Of a DNA stretch of 47,758 nt, positions 12,401 through 23,279 are shown in pieces. The notes under the pieces are model-generated. The model was not told where the DNA came from. It saw only the letters and a list, made by a program, of their open reading frames with translations, and did not search any database. The translations under genes and the position numbers were made by a program. The DNA comes from Octopus bimaculoides. Taxonomy: Eukaryota. Positions within the stretch are counted from its first letter, which is position 1. Each line of letters begins with the position of its first letter. Location of the stretch: the NCBI RefSeq assembly GCF_001194135.2, contig NC_068997.1:29794201-29841958 (forward strand), read 5' to 3'.

Positions 12401-15400
12401 TTTTTGGATTATGTTCGTTTTTAATTTCTCCTTATTAGCTGTTTTATGTATAGGAAGATGGTATAATTTTCTTGCATCTTTAAATCGTTTTCTTTAAAAA
12501 GGCACCGATGTCTATATTCAACCTCATATCACCACCACCTTTGTGTGTGTGTGTGTGTATAAATCTAGAGGCCACATGTCTATTTCAAAATGAAATTAAA
12601 AGAAAAATGTGTTGATCGTTCTTCCCACGTGGGTTTCAATAGTTTCACAGTTGAAACTGTTAAACTCTATTGTCAAAATGTTTGTAAGATTCGTCCAGCC
12701 AGCCATTTATTCATTCATTCACTTTTATTTTCATTTTCTTCATTTTTTTTCTTTATGCCTATTTTATCACTCTCACAACATTCTGTTCACATTTGCTGTG
12801 ACTTATTCTTTTTTCTCTTATTTTCCTTTTTTTTTTTTTCCTCAGTTTAGTTTTGAAGTTCAAATTTTGCAGCGGTTAACCATGAACTTCTTAAAAAAAT
12901 ATTTTTGAAAATTGTTATTGTATTTGTTTTGGGATTCATGTTTTTTTTTTGTCTCTACATTCTTTTTAATTTTGTTTCGAAATTTCTAATTATAAATTGA
13001 TTGTTTTTCATCTTCTTTATGATAACTTAAACATCATGCTCCCTCTCCTGCATCAGACTTTTTTTGTATTTATATATATATAAAATCATTTTTGAGAGAA
13101 GTATGCCGGCAATAAGATTAAATTACCAGGCTTGTTTGTATGAATGATACAACATGCATACATTGTTAGTTCAAATCCCGCCGACGGTCGATCACCCTTC
13201 TCTGCAAGATCTCAGTTTTAATTTTGTGTGCAGGGGAGCCAGAAGAGTAAAGTAAGTGTAGAAGTGGGGCCCACTCCTTGTTTCACAACGTATCAAGTAA
13301 CCCTAGTCTAGACACGCAGTCGGGGGGATCACTTGATTAAAAGCGAAAAGAAAGAAAAGAACCGTTGTGAAGATGTTTTCTCTTGTCATTGTGACTCGTT
13401 TGAAACATTTCAAAGGTTTCTCTTTGTAAGATGCCAAGGTGTATTTTGACTAGTATTTCGCTGCTAATTCTAGACTAGCAAGCTCTTTCGTTAGCGAATG
13501 TACAAACGATACATTTATATCGTTCATCGATTATGCCAATCTTAACTGGGCCGAACACACAAAATAGTGCACTTCATCATCTTCTGTCTATAGATCACAA
13601 CGATCACTGGTCACCTACAAACAATGAAATAAAAGTACTCAAAACGAAAGACCAGCATGAGCATGATTATTATTGCAATAAACTCTGACCCATCAACTAT
13701 TAACATTGATTTATCCCTAACACCCAAGAACATTACTCACACAGCAAGTACACAGACTCAAATCAACTACACTCTATGTCCACTTCACTTGTGACTATTT
13801 CCAGAAACTAAAATATAGTCGAGTCCTATGAAGTCACTCGACCTGCTGGAAATAACAGCCAAATCTCTCTTAATTCACACTGTGCCTTCTTAGAAAAGAA
13901 TGCGTTAAAAATACTGCTTGGTCGTGCAATCCACTCTCTCTAGGAGAAAGCAGGACTGTCACGATGGGAGGTTTGACTAATGGGGAAACATATACACATA
14001 TTGTGTATGAAAGTCAGTTAGACTGTAGAGAAAATGCAACATGCTCAGACCGTTACACTAATAATTTGATAACGATTGCATTTCGAAGTTGAGACATGGT
14101 ATATCTAGATCCGTGGATCACAGTGGATTGAAAAAGGGTTTATCCTGCCAGAGATGGCCGTCAGTACACAAACGGAGCGTCCTGTACTTTCTAGCGCCTT
14201 AGTTTTATATATTATAAAGCCAGTTTGTTGTGATTTGAGGGAATTTTTGGGCTTTTTAACCTTCTGGTACCTTTTATGGTTCGTATGTGTTTGTTAAGAC
14301 AAAGTAAATACTAACATTTCAGACAGAATAGTTCACCTTGCTACCTTGTGATTCCGTTTTCGATCCCATTGTGGGTTACACTGATTAGGTACGTTCGATT
14401 AACTTAGTATTGATTTCTTCCGGTGACCCAAACCCAATTTCTGTAGATGCGTAGTTTATTAAATCGACCCTAGTATATTACTGCTATTTATCTGTTGTTT
14501 TTAGTCCCATATCAATACTCATCTCGGATTAATCGACACCCGAAGCCATTAAGGAGTTTCCATGGTCATAGTCATATCAGCCGTGACCATCCAAACTAAG
14601 GATGTCTAAAGAGCTACATAATCTTTTATGTCGTTGAGCGTTGGGTCAGATTGTTCTGCTATTTTTAGCTTGTTGAACGACCACGTGGAAGCTTCTTCGT
14701 TACATCGACTTTTACTAATTTGTTGTTCTTTGACTCCTACTCATCCCTGATCAAGTAGACCTGTCATGAAAGATGTCTTTTTTTTATAAGTATATCAAGA
14801 ATTACATTGCTCGTTGTGTTTTTATTAAAGACGACAGAGTGTGAATTGAGGTTAATTTGGCTACTTTTTCTAGCAGCTTGAGCGATCACATAAAAAGCTC
14901 CTTCAGGTCGTTTGTATTGTTTTCAAATATGAAATCTAACGCAAATCATGCTTAACAGTATATGACTAATATGTTCGTGTTGACAAGGAATTTACATCAT
15001 TTTCTATGTACGTAAATGTGTTTGTGCTATTTTAAAGCATAAAAATCAGCCAGGTTCCCCTACAATTCTATTTCAGAGATCTTGTATCAATGTAAAAAAT
15101 GAATCGCCAGTAGGAATAAAGCTTTTAAATAATTTCCCGATATTATTTTTTATTAATAAGATTTTAACTGGATTTTTAAATTCAAAGGTTGGATATTCCT
15201 ACAAATTCGTTGATTCTGTAATGTATTCTTAAAGCAGATGTTTTTCCGTTAATTTTTAACAGTTGAGTGCCTTTTGTGACACGACCCGCTCGACCGTGAA
15301 ATGAGTATTAATAGGAGATGGAGAAAAATAAGCGATAAGGAGTGGAATTTGTTTTTTGTGTTGATACATAAAATGCCTTGAAATGAATCAAAATACGCGT

Positions 15401-15647
15401 TTGACCTTTAACCTCTACGCCACAGGAATTCTATTTTTAAATGTATTCTTTCTAACTAAACCTTTAGAAGTAAACTGGTTTTCCCGCCTCTTTTTTATGG
15501 CTTCACTGTTGAAATCTCTGCAATCGTTTTTGTTCATCATCATCATCCTAGTCAGACAGCAGATCACATTTTTTCTAATCTTGACTCACTATTTTCATTG
15601 GGTTATTGACCACTCTGATGGACAACTCTGATAATTGCTCTCCTTCA

Positions 15648-15871
15648 TCCTTTCAACTCATTTAAACCTCCCATATCTAACCAAAATATTCTACTGGTTT
15701 TATATTCAAACTAACCGGATCCAGCTTTTCCAACCTACCCTACAAAGTCATTCTAAGATTAAAACAATCCCATCATTGAAATCTTGATACTGTGAGATAA
15801 GCCATGATTCATTCCAAACAAAGTGAATAAATAACCATTATCTCTGACAGAGTAATCTGAACACTAAATGG
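15648..15871 (-). mobile_element. piggyBac-type MITE copy
   Basis: Reverse-complement match to the family, followed by TTAA at 15872. Confidence 0.6.
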
Positions 15872-16111
15872 TTAATGTCTTCACTTTGCCTCTCTCAGTC
15901 ACCGTTTTCAGCTCTGTTCAAGGCCACACACACAATATATATGTTTTACACAAGATGCAGTGGAGCTGTGGAGTTAAAAATGTCTTTTTCATGAATATAT
16001 GTGATGCTGGGCTTGATCTTCCATTTTCCACATTCTGTTACATCAGTGAAGGAAGAAGAGACCAAATTGAAGTGGGGTCCTCCTTAGAGGACCGTGTTTC
16101 TTCTATATGTG

Positions 16112-16497
16112 CATGCATGGCTGTTGTAGGTGAGGGGCTTGTTTTGCAACCTCATAGTTTCAGGTTCAATCCTACTGCAACCTTTGGGCAAGTGTCTTCT
16201 GCTGTTGCCCCAACCTAACCAAAGTCCTGTGAGTGAATTTGCTAGATGGAAACTGTGTGGAAGCTATTGTCTGTAGGTGTGTGTTCGTGTTTCCTTGTCT
16301 TGATATCATGTGGTTGTTGCAAATGATTGCCACTGTCATGCAAGCAGTGGCATTCCTTTCTGATATTCTGTGAGACCAAGTCTAGCCATGAAGAAATATT
16401 ACTTGAAAACAGGTGAGGGTTGGTGATAGCAAGGACATTTGGCCATAGAAAATCTGTCTCAATAAATTCTATCCAACCCATGCATTGCAGGCTTATG
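16112..16497 (+). mobile_element. SINE family A, tail type 2
   Basis: Head, CTTTGGGCAAGTGTCTTC, (TG)n, AAACAGGTGAGGGTTGG, CCAACCCATGC. Confidence 0.75.
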
Positions 16498-16636
16498 GTA
16501 GGTAACAGTGAGCCAAATGCACTGTGCAGATTCTCTTGTTTTGGTGATTCCTTTTGCTTAATGCTCACCTTTGAAATCTCAAAAAAGCTTCCATGCTGAC
16601 TGACACACATGGATTTGGGACACTTTCTTGTCTCAT

Positions 16637-16796
16637 TCATTTCTGTTTCAGTTTCAAGGTCTCTGGTTCAATATCTTCCAACCCTCTTTTTCTCATAAGA
16701 TTAATTATACACAACACTGAATTAACAAAACGTCTGTTCATTTTACTGTGCTTCTCCTGCTTACTGTCATAAAGTATACTATTCTGTGGCACCTCT
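16637..16796 (-). CDS. Candidate terminal coding exon of unknown product
   Basis: Acceptor CCATCTTGCTTTAG, then EVPQNSILYDSKQEKHSKMNRRFVNSVLCIINLMRKRGLEDIEPETLKLKQK*; phase 2 start, non-repetitive sequence. Confidence 0.2.
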
Positions 16797-17885
16797 CTAA
16801 AGCAAGATGGATTTGGTTGCTGAGATTTGAGCATCTTCAATTTGAATACATTGCAAGATGGTCTCCTCCTCCTCCTCCATGCTGGCATGGGTTGGATAGT
16901 TTGACAAGCTAGAGAATTGCACCAGACTCTAATTTCAAGCCAACCATGACCACCACCCCCTCATTGAAATTTCTTTTTATGGTTACTCGTTTGAAATGGT
17001 TAGATTTTCTACTCTTGCTTTTTTATTCTGCGTATCCCTCTTTCCTGCTTATCTTTCTTCCCCGGGGTCAGTATATAGATTGATGTAGCAGCCGTAATTG
17101 ATATTAACTTACGTATGGGGGTGAGAAATACTCCCCAGCATATCATAAAATTTATGCATTTTTTTCATTACATTAATGTCACTCAGGCAGTTTGGACGGA
17201 GTAATAATTTGTTTTCGTGGACCTAGATGTATTTGTATGTCTGCACATGTGATGAATGCATGCATATTTGTGCATATACACATGCAGCTATGTAAGCATA
17301 TTTCTGTAAACATGAATGTATGAATCTGTGTGTGTGTGTCTGCCTGCATGTTTCATGTTGCTTCTAATCATGTAATTGAAGAGACCTTTCTGATTAATTC
17401 TATGTAAGAATGAAAAATTCTTTGAAATCTGAAAATGAATATTAAGAAGAAGATTAAATTGTATGGATTTTTTTGATGAGTGATCTTCACTTTATATTTA
17501 CTTTTTTTTAATGAATTTTCATCCATGATCTTAGATGATGTTGCCTCTTTTAAATCTGATTACAATTGCCTGCTTTATATTTTATTTATAATTCTTATTT
17601 TTTTAGCATTTTACATTCATATATTCCTACTATCATGGGTGGAGTATTGTGTTTATATGTGTAAATGTTGTCTTTTAAGTATTGTTTTGGTGCCAGTGTT
17701 CTTTCATAACAGGATATTTTACCTCATGTTGACCATTTAGTGTAGTGTCTGTTGTCGGCTGGGTAGACTGAGGCATGTAGTTATGAGTTCTGTCTGGTGG
17801 GGTGTAGTAATGTTTGAAAGTATGTCGCCACATCACCCAACAATAAACAAGAATCACAGATTGAAATTTTATACAACGTAGCCTC

Positions 17886-18465
17886 ATTCTTTTATTCCTT
17901 TACTTGTTTCAGTCATTTGAATGCGGCCATGCTGGGGCACTGCTTTCAAGAATTTACTTTTTTTAAGCCTGTTACTTATTCTGTTGGTCTCTTTGGCTGA
18001 ACCGCTAAGTTACGGGGACAGAAACACACCAACACCAGTTGTCAAGTGGTGGGGTGGGGGGAAGGGGAAAAACATACACACATACAAGGGACTTCTTTTG
18101 GTTTCTGTCTACAGAATCCATTCACAAGGCTTTGGTCGGTGGCAGCGCCCACTTTGCGAACCTATGCCCTGGACTGATGGAAACTGAAAGAATCCCATCA
18201 TCTATGTGTGTGTGTGTGTTTGTGTACCATCCTGGACATCATGTGCTGATTGTAAACAAACCTCACCATCATACCAATGATGTTATTCATTTCCAGTTTT
18301 CCTTGAAAAACATGTCTGGCCATTGGGGTGGGGGAAACTTTTTTTTCTCAGAAACAAGTAATGGTCGGTGAAAGGAAAGGCATCTGGCTGTAGAAAATCT
18401 GTCTTAACAATTCCATCTGACCCTCACAAGTTTAGTAAAAGTGGACACCAACCAACAGTGATGAT
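17886..18465. mobile_element. Two adjacent family A SINE fragments in opposite orientation
   Basis: 17886-18165 is minus (tail type 1, GAAACAAGTAAA); 18172-18465 is plus (tail type 2). Confidence 0.65.
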
Positions 18466-19290
18466 AAATATACACAGCAATAATCTAAGAATATTCATCA
18501 CCATCATTGTTTTCACACGTGCTTTTCCCTGCTGGCATGGGTTGGAGGAGTTGTCTTGAACCTGTATCCTATACTCAAATGCCCTTCCTGACTTGAGCCT
18601 GTTTTTTTTCCAGCAAGGCGCTTTGTTTCATACTTTTGCATATTAAATGATTGCCGGATATTTTGTTTATAGAGACAGAAATGATGTCAGCATGAAGATT
18701 TGCAAAGACAAATACACACATGCACACACAATATATATATATATATATATATATAATCCTTACTTTAATGTCCATTTTTTTCATGCTGGCACGAGTTAAA
18801 CAAGACTTATTAAGACGTTGTCTATAGCCAGATGCCCTTTCTGTTGCTAAGCCACATATATTTTCATTTATGTTTGTATTTTTCATTCTACTTGTCCTCA
18901 CACATCAAAATTGATGAAGCCACTAAATTCTGGTATTTTGGTTTATTGTAGAATTTAACAGTCACTGTTTTCCAAATGGTGTTAATGAAGACATGTGCAA
19001 TTAACAGTCACATACACCTGTGAGTACGCACACACACACAGAGGGATAACAGTGTCCTGTTTGCATTACCAAACATTTACAGAATATAAGAATGTGTGTG
19101 TGTGTGTGCTGGGGGAGAAAGGGAACAAGATACTGATGAATTATGAAGTTCCTATCGAAGGAATTACAGTCATCAGTATGTTTTTTTGCTGGTCATATGA
19201 GCATGCAAAGCAAGCAGATAATGCATAATGGGTGAAAACAAGTGGCATGGGTTGATAGTGGAAGGTTTTCAGGGTAAAGGAAGCATTTAA

Positions 19291-19500
19291 CCCTTCAGCA
19301 TTTAATCTGGCCTAAATATTCTACCTGTTTTATATTCAAATTGGCCAAATCTGACCTCTCACACCTACACTACAATGTCATTCTTGAAATATGCAGTCAC
19401 ATCATCAAAATCTCAAAGCTACAAGATAATACATGATTAATTCAAAAAGGTGTGAATAAATAAGGATTACATTTGTAAGAGGAATCTGAATGCTAAAGCA
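19291..19500 (-). mobile_element. piggyBac-type MITE copy
   Basis: TTAA|CCCTTCAGCATTT ... TGAATGCTAAAG, with internal CTCTCACACCTAC..ACAATGTCATT. Confidence 0.7.
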
Positions 19501-19634
19501 GTTTGGGGTTTACTGGGCCTAACAGAAGAGAAAGGCCAGGTGAAGAAGGGTTTAGGGCTGTCTTAGAAGATAAGATAATGTAGGACTGAGCCTGGAGCAT
19601 CCATTTATGCCAGAGTAGAACCTAACCATATTAC

Positions 19635-19803
19635 AGTTCTATATCTAAGAGATGAGGAATTTTGTGCATTATTTACATTTGACGGATATTTGTCCTCATC
19701 TTGTTTGTTGTTAACACAACGTTTTGGCTGATATACTCTCCAGCCTTCATCAGGTGTCTTCGGGAAATTTTAAACCTGGGTTGTCATTCCTAAGGTATTT
19801 TTC

Positions 19804-19858
<55 letters not shown>

Positions 19859-19932
19859 TCACTGCCTGGAATCGAACTTGGAATCTTGGGGTTAATAGCC
19901 TGCGCTCTTAACCACTACTCCATATGCCTGTG
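19635..19932 (-). mobile_element. tRNA-derived SINE with Penelope-like hammerhead-containing 3' tail
   Basis: Minus head has A box TGGAGTAGTGGTTAAG and B box GTTCGATTCC, then internal (AAT)n, then a tail containing CTGATGAAGGCTG...CAGCCAAAACGTT. A head fragment of the same family is at ~34592-34620 (+). Confidence 0.75.
19713..19758 (-). ncRNA. Degenerate minimal hammerhead ribozyme (G12->A in GAAA)
   Basis: GACAC-CUGAUGA-A-GGCUG-GAGAGUAUAU-CAGCC-AAAA-CGU-U-GUGUU. Stem I is GACAC/GUGUU, stem II is a perfect 5-bp helix, and the palindrome AACGUU is present. The core GAAA reads AAAA (position 19725), so this copy is predicted inactive. Confidence 0.6.
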
Positions 19933-20044
19933 TAAATAATCTACTAATCATATTATTTCCCCAATTTCAAAAACAAACCCCCAAATACATTGATATGGGG
20001 GTTCTTTCACATGTTTTTTTAAACATAGGAACTGACATATGTAC

Positions 20045-20101
<57 letters not shown>

Positions 20102-21102
20102 NNNNNNNNNNNNNNNNNNNNNNNNNNNNNNNNNNNNNNNNNNNNNNNNNNNNNNNNNNNNNNNNNNNNNNNNNNNNNNNNNNNNNNNNNNNNNNNNNNN
20201 NNNNNNNNNNNNNNNNNNNNNNGTGATCTAGTTATTTCTATTGATTTATTTTGTTACACACATTCACACACACACACACACACATTTGTATTTTATGAGA
20301 AAGAGGTTGGTGTATTAAATGGGTAAATTAGTGAATTAATCACTTTATTTTCCTCATAATCCATTTTAATCACTTTGGATTTACTGTGTCAGAATTAAGA
20401 GGAAAATAAAAATGATAAAATAAATAGTCCTGGAGAAAAAAAAAGATAATAAAATCCTCCAAAAAACCCCGCTAAGCTCTACCTATATCTCTTTCATTAT
20501 TACTCTTTAATCTTTCATATATATCTTTCCAAGGTTATTTGCATATATTCTCTGCATTTTTAAAGTTATTTGCTTTTATTGTAAACCACTTATTTCATGT
20601 TTAGTGTTCTTATTGATACACTCTATTATTATCATTATCTTATTTTTATTGCCTGCTTTCACTGCACCGCTGAGCACAACCGTATGGGACTTGAGCGTGT
20701 GCAGTGTTTTGTTTTGTTTTGTATTTTCTGTTGCATAGACATTAGGTCTGCTGTGAGCCCTGTGATGCTTAAGATCGGAGCTTAACCTGGGTACCAGGGC
20801 ATATAAGTGTCTGAGATTACGACAGTCCTCATTGAATTGGATGATTGCTTGTGGCATGGTTAACTTCTGGGTTATTCTTGGAACTCATTTATAGCAGAAT
20901 GTAATGGAGCAAAGGGGAAATGAAATGTGTCGTTCAAGAATACAATGCCCCGCCTGGTCCAGAAATTGAAAGCCTGATCTTACAAATTGTAAGTGCAACA
21001 TCCTCACCACTCTGCCATGCAACTTGTTATATAGACATTACTCTACATAAATCGATACAGTTTCTGTATGTTGTATGTATTTGTACATCTTGGGTTGTAT
21101 AT

Positions 21103-21480
21103 TTTTTTCTTACTTGTTTCAGTCATTTGACTGTGGCCATGCTGGGACACCATCTTGAAGGGTTTTAGTCAAATGTTTCAACCCCAGTACTTATTTTTGC
21201 TTAGAGCCTGGTACTTTGTCGGTCTCTTTTACTGAACTGCTAAGTTATGGGGGATGTAAACACACCAGCACTGGCTGTCAAGTGGTGGTAGGGGACAAAC
21301 ATAGACACAAAGATACACAAACACATATATACGACAGTCTTTCAGTTTCCATCTACCAAATCCACACACAAAGCTTTGGTTGGCCTGAGGCTTTAGTAGA
21401 AGACACTTGCCCAAGGTGCCACGCAATGGGACTGAACCTGGAACCATGTTGGGAAGCAATCTTCTTACCACACAGCCACA
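21103..21480 (-). mobile_element. Full-length SINE family A, tail type 1
   Basis: Head GTGGCTGTGTGGTAAGAAG..GGTTCAGTCCC, CACCTTGGGCAAGTGTCTTCTAC, body TTGACAGCCAGTGCTGGTGTGTTTAC, tail CCAGCATGGCCACAGTCAAATGACTGAAACAAGTAAG. Confidence 0.8.
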
Positions 21481-21924
21481 CCTACATCATTCCGTAGGCG
21501 CGTGTTATTGTTATTATAAAAGCTTTTTGTTTTTAGTACCCCATATTCATGTCATCTTATTTTCTGTTAATAAACTATATTTGCCAATCATACATTAAAA
21601 AGTACTGGCATGGTTATGTGGTTGAGAAGCTTGCTTCCCAGTCAGGTGGTCTCAGGTTCAGTCCTACTGTCTGGCATATTGAGCAAGTGTCTTCTATTAT
21701 AACCCTGAGCTGATCAAAGCCTTGTGAAAGGATTTGGTAGACGGAAACTGAAAGAAGCCTGTCGTGTGTGTGTGTGTGTGTGTGTGTGTATTCTTTTGTC
21801 TTGACATCAAATGATGGTTGTAAACAGGTGTCACTGTGATACAAGTGGTGCTGTTTGTTCCCAATCTTCTTCTGTGAGAAACATATCTTTGCTTGGAAAC
21901 CAGTGAGGGCTGACAACATGAAGG

Positions 21925-22535
21925 ACAAAGTGATAGTATGTTGTCAATTTAATGTGACAGTCCCATGAAAGGGAAGAATGCTACTATTATTTAGCCCTAG
22001 GAAACACTGTTTCCTGTTGGACTTGACACATTTCCAGTGTCCTTATGTTTTCAAAGCGCCTCTACCCAGCAAAGCCAACGTTCAGAGACTAGTTTCAGAG
22101 TCATTGCTCATCATCAGTCTGGAGTAGCAATGCCTGCTAGCTGTCGATGCCTATCCACCTTTGAAAACAATATTTCAAGTGAAATACATTCACTGATTTC
22201 AAAAATAGAAATAATACATTTCTAAATCTCTCAGAGAGATTTGTGGAGTAGCAGCACAATAAAGTAATAATATGTTGTCAACTTAATGTAATAGTCCCAT
22301 GAAAAGGAAGAATGCTACTGTTATTTAGCCCTAGGTGGAGGTGCTTGTATCCACTTTGAAAGCATAAGGAGACAGGAAATGTGTCAAGTCCAACAGGAAA
22401 CGGTGTTTCCTAGGGCTAAATAACAGTAGCATTCTTCCCTTTCATGGGACTGTCACATTATGTTGACAACATACTATCACTTTATCGTGCTGCTACTGCA
22501 TAAATCTCTCTGAGAGATTTAGAAATGTATTATTT
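21925..22535 (-). mobile_element. Non-autonomous hammerhead-bearing Penelope/retrozyme-like element with 5' inversion
   Basis: Exact 11-bp TSD CAACATGAAGG at 21914-21924 and 22536-22546. 75-bp direct repeats at 21927-22001 and 22261-22335 (period 334). Inverted segment at 22354-22535. Hammerhead core on the minus strand. No ORF. Inserted into a SINE. Confidence 0.75.
22081..22123 (-). ncRNA. Minimal type I hammerhead ribozyme (PLE-like, palindromic stem III)
   Basis: Minus strand reads UCCAGA-CUGAUGA-U-GAG-CAAUGA-CUC-U-GAAA-CUAG-UC-UCUGAA. Both conserved core segments are present; stem I is CAGA/UCUG (4 bp), stem II is GAG/CUC with a U.U closing mismatch, stem III is the palindrome ACUAGU, and the GUC triplet predicts cleavage between 22087 and 22086. 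Confidence 0.7.
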
Positions 22536-23279
22536 CAACATGAAGGGCATCTCCAGCTCATACAATCATGGAAAATTGATGATGATGATTGTTAATATGC
22601 ATAACGATCCATGGTTACTGAGAGCAGCATAATATGGAACCTAGCAGGCTTACTAAGGAGAGTTGTGATGCAGTTATTAAGCAGAACTTGGTGTGATTAT
22701 GAAGCAGGGCATCGTGTTTTTACTGAGTTGGACATGATACGACTACTGAGCAAGATACACATCTCTGCACATTCTCTCTCTTTCTTAAACTATATATGTA
22801 TGCACAAACGCATAGTTATTATATGCACACACGCATATGTACACACAAGACACACATGCATCTTACTCTTTCTCTCTCAGTTGAAAGAAACTTATAAGCA
22901 GCCATCTTTTTGTGTACTTGTTTAGTTTTATTTCAAATAATTTATTAATTTATTTTTAATTATCTCAGCCTTGTCCTACTTAGCTAACAAACTCCTCCAT
23001 TTATCAAGAACTCATTTGAAGCATTTAATTTTATATTTAAATAATTTATAATCATGGATCACTTTCCAGCATTTGGTGGAAGAAAAATATTGCTCTCTCT
23101 CTCTCTCTCTGACTTTATTTTATTTTATATTCTGTGGACGCTCGTTTTTATATTAGAGTGGTAGCAGTCGCAGTAGTGGTTGTTGTTGTTCTCCTTGAAA
23201 CTGGGGAATAACCCAGGTCAGGCCAACTTTGCTTGAACAGATTAATAGCAGTGAGGTAACTAACTGAAGGTGAAATAAA

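Larger units (their letters stand above)
21605..22595 (+). mobile_element. SINE family A (tail type 2) interrupted by the hammerhead element
   Basis: SINE sequence runs 21605-21924 and resumes at 22536 with ..GAAGGGCATC..CATGGAAAA..(TGA)n. Confidence 0.75.

Noticed and set aside
19870-19932. tRNA gene
   Set aside because: A and B boxes are present but there is no acceptor stem, and it continues into a SINE body; the same holds for the other SINE heads.
22261-22335. Four G->A changes in repeat copy A2 as a deaminase or editing signature
   Set aside because: Too few events; the other copies also show G->A/C->T transitions, consistent with ordinary AT-biased decay.
23195-23245. CTGACCTGGG shared between the HERO downstream region and the family D tail
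   Set aside because: The match is only ~10 bp and also resembles family E sequence; insufficient to claim a LINE-SINE pairing.
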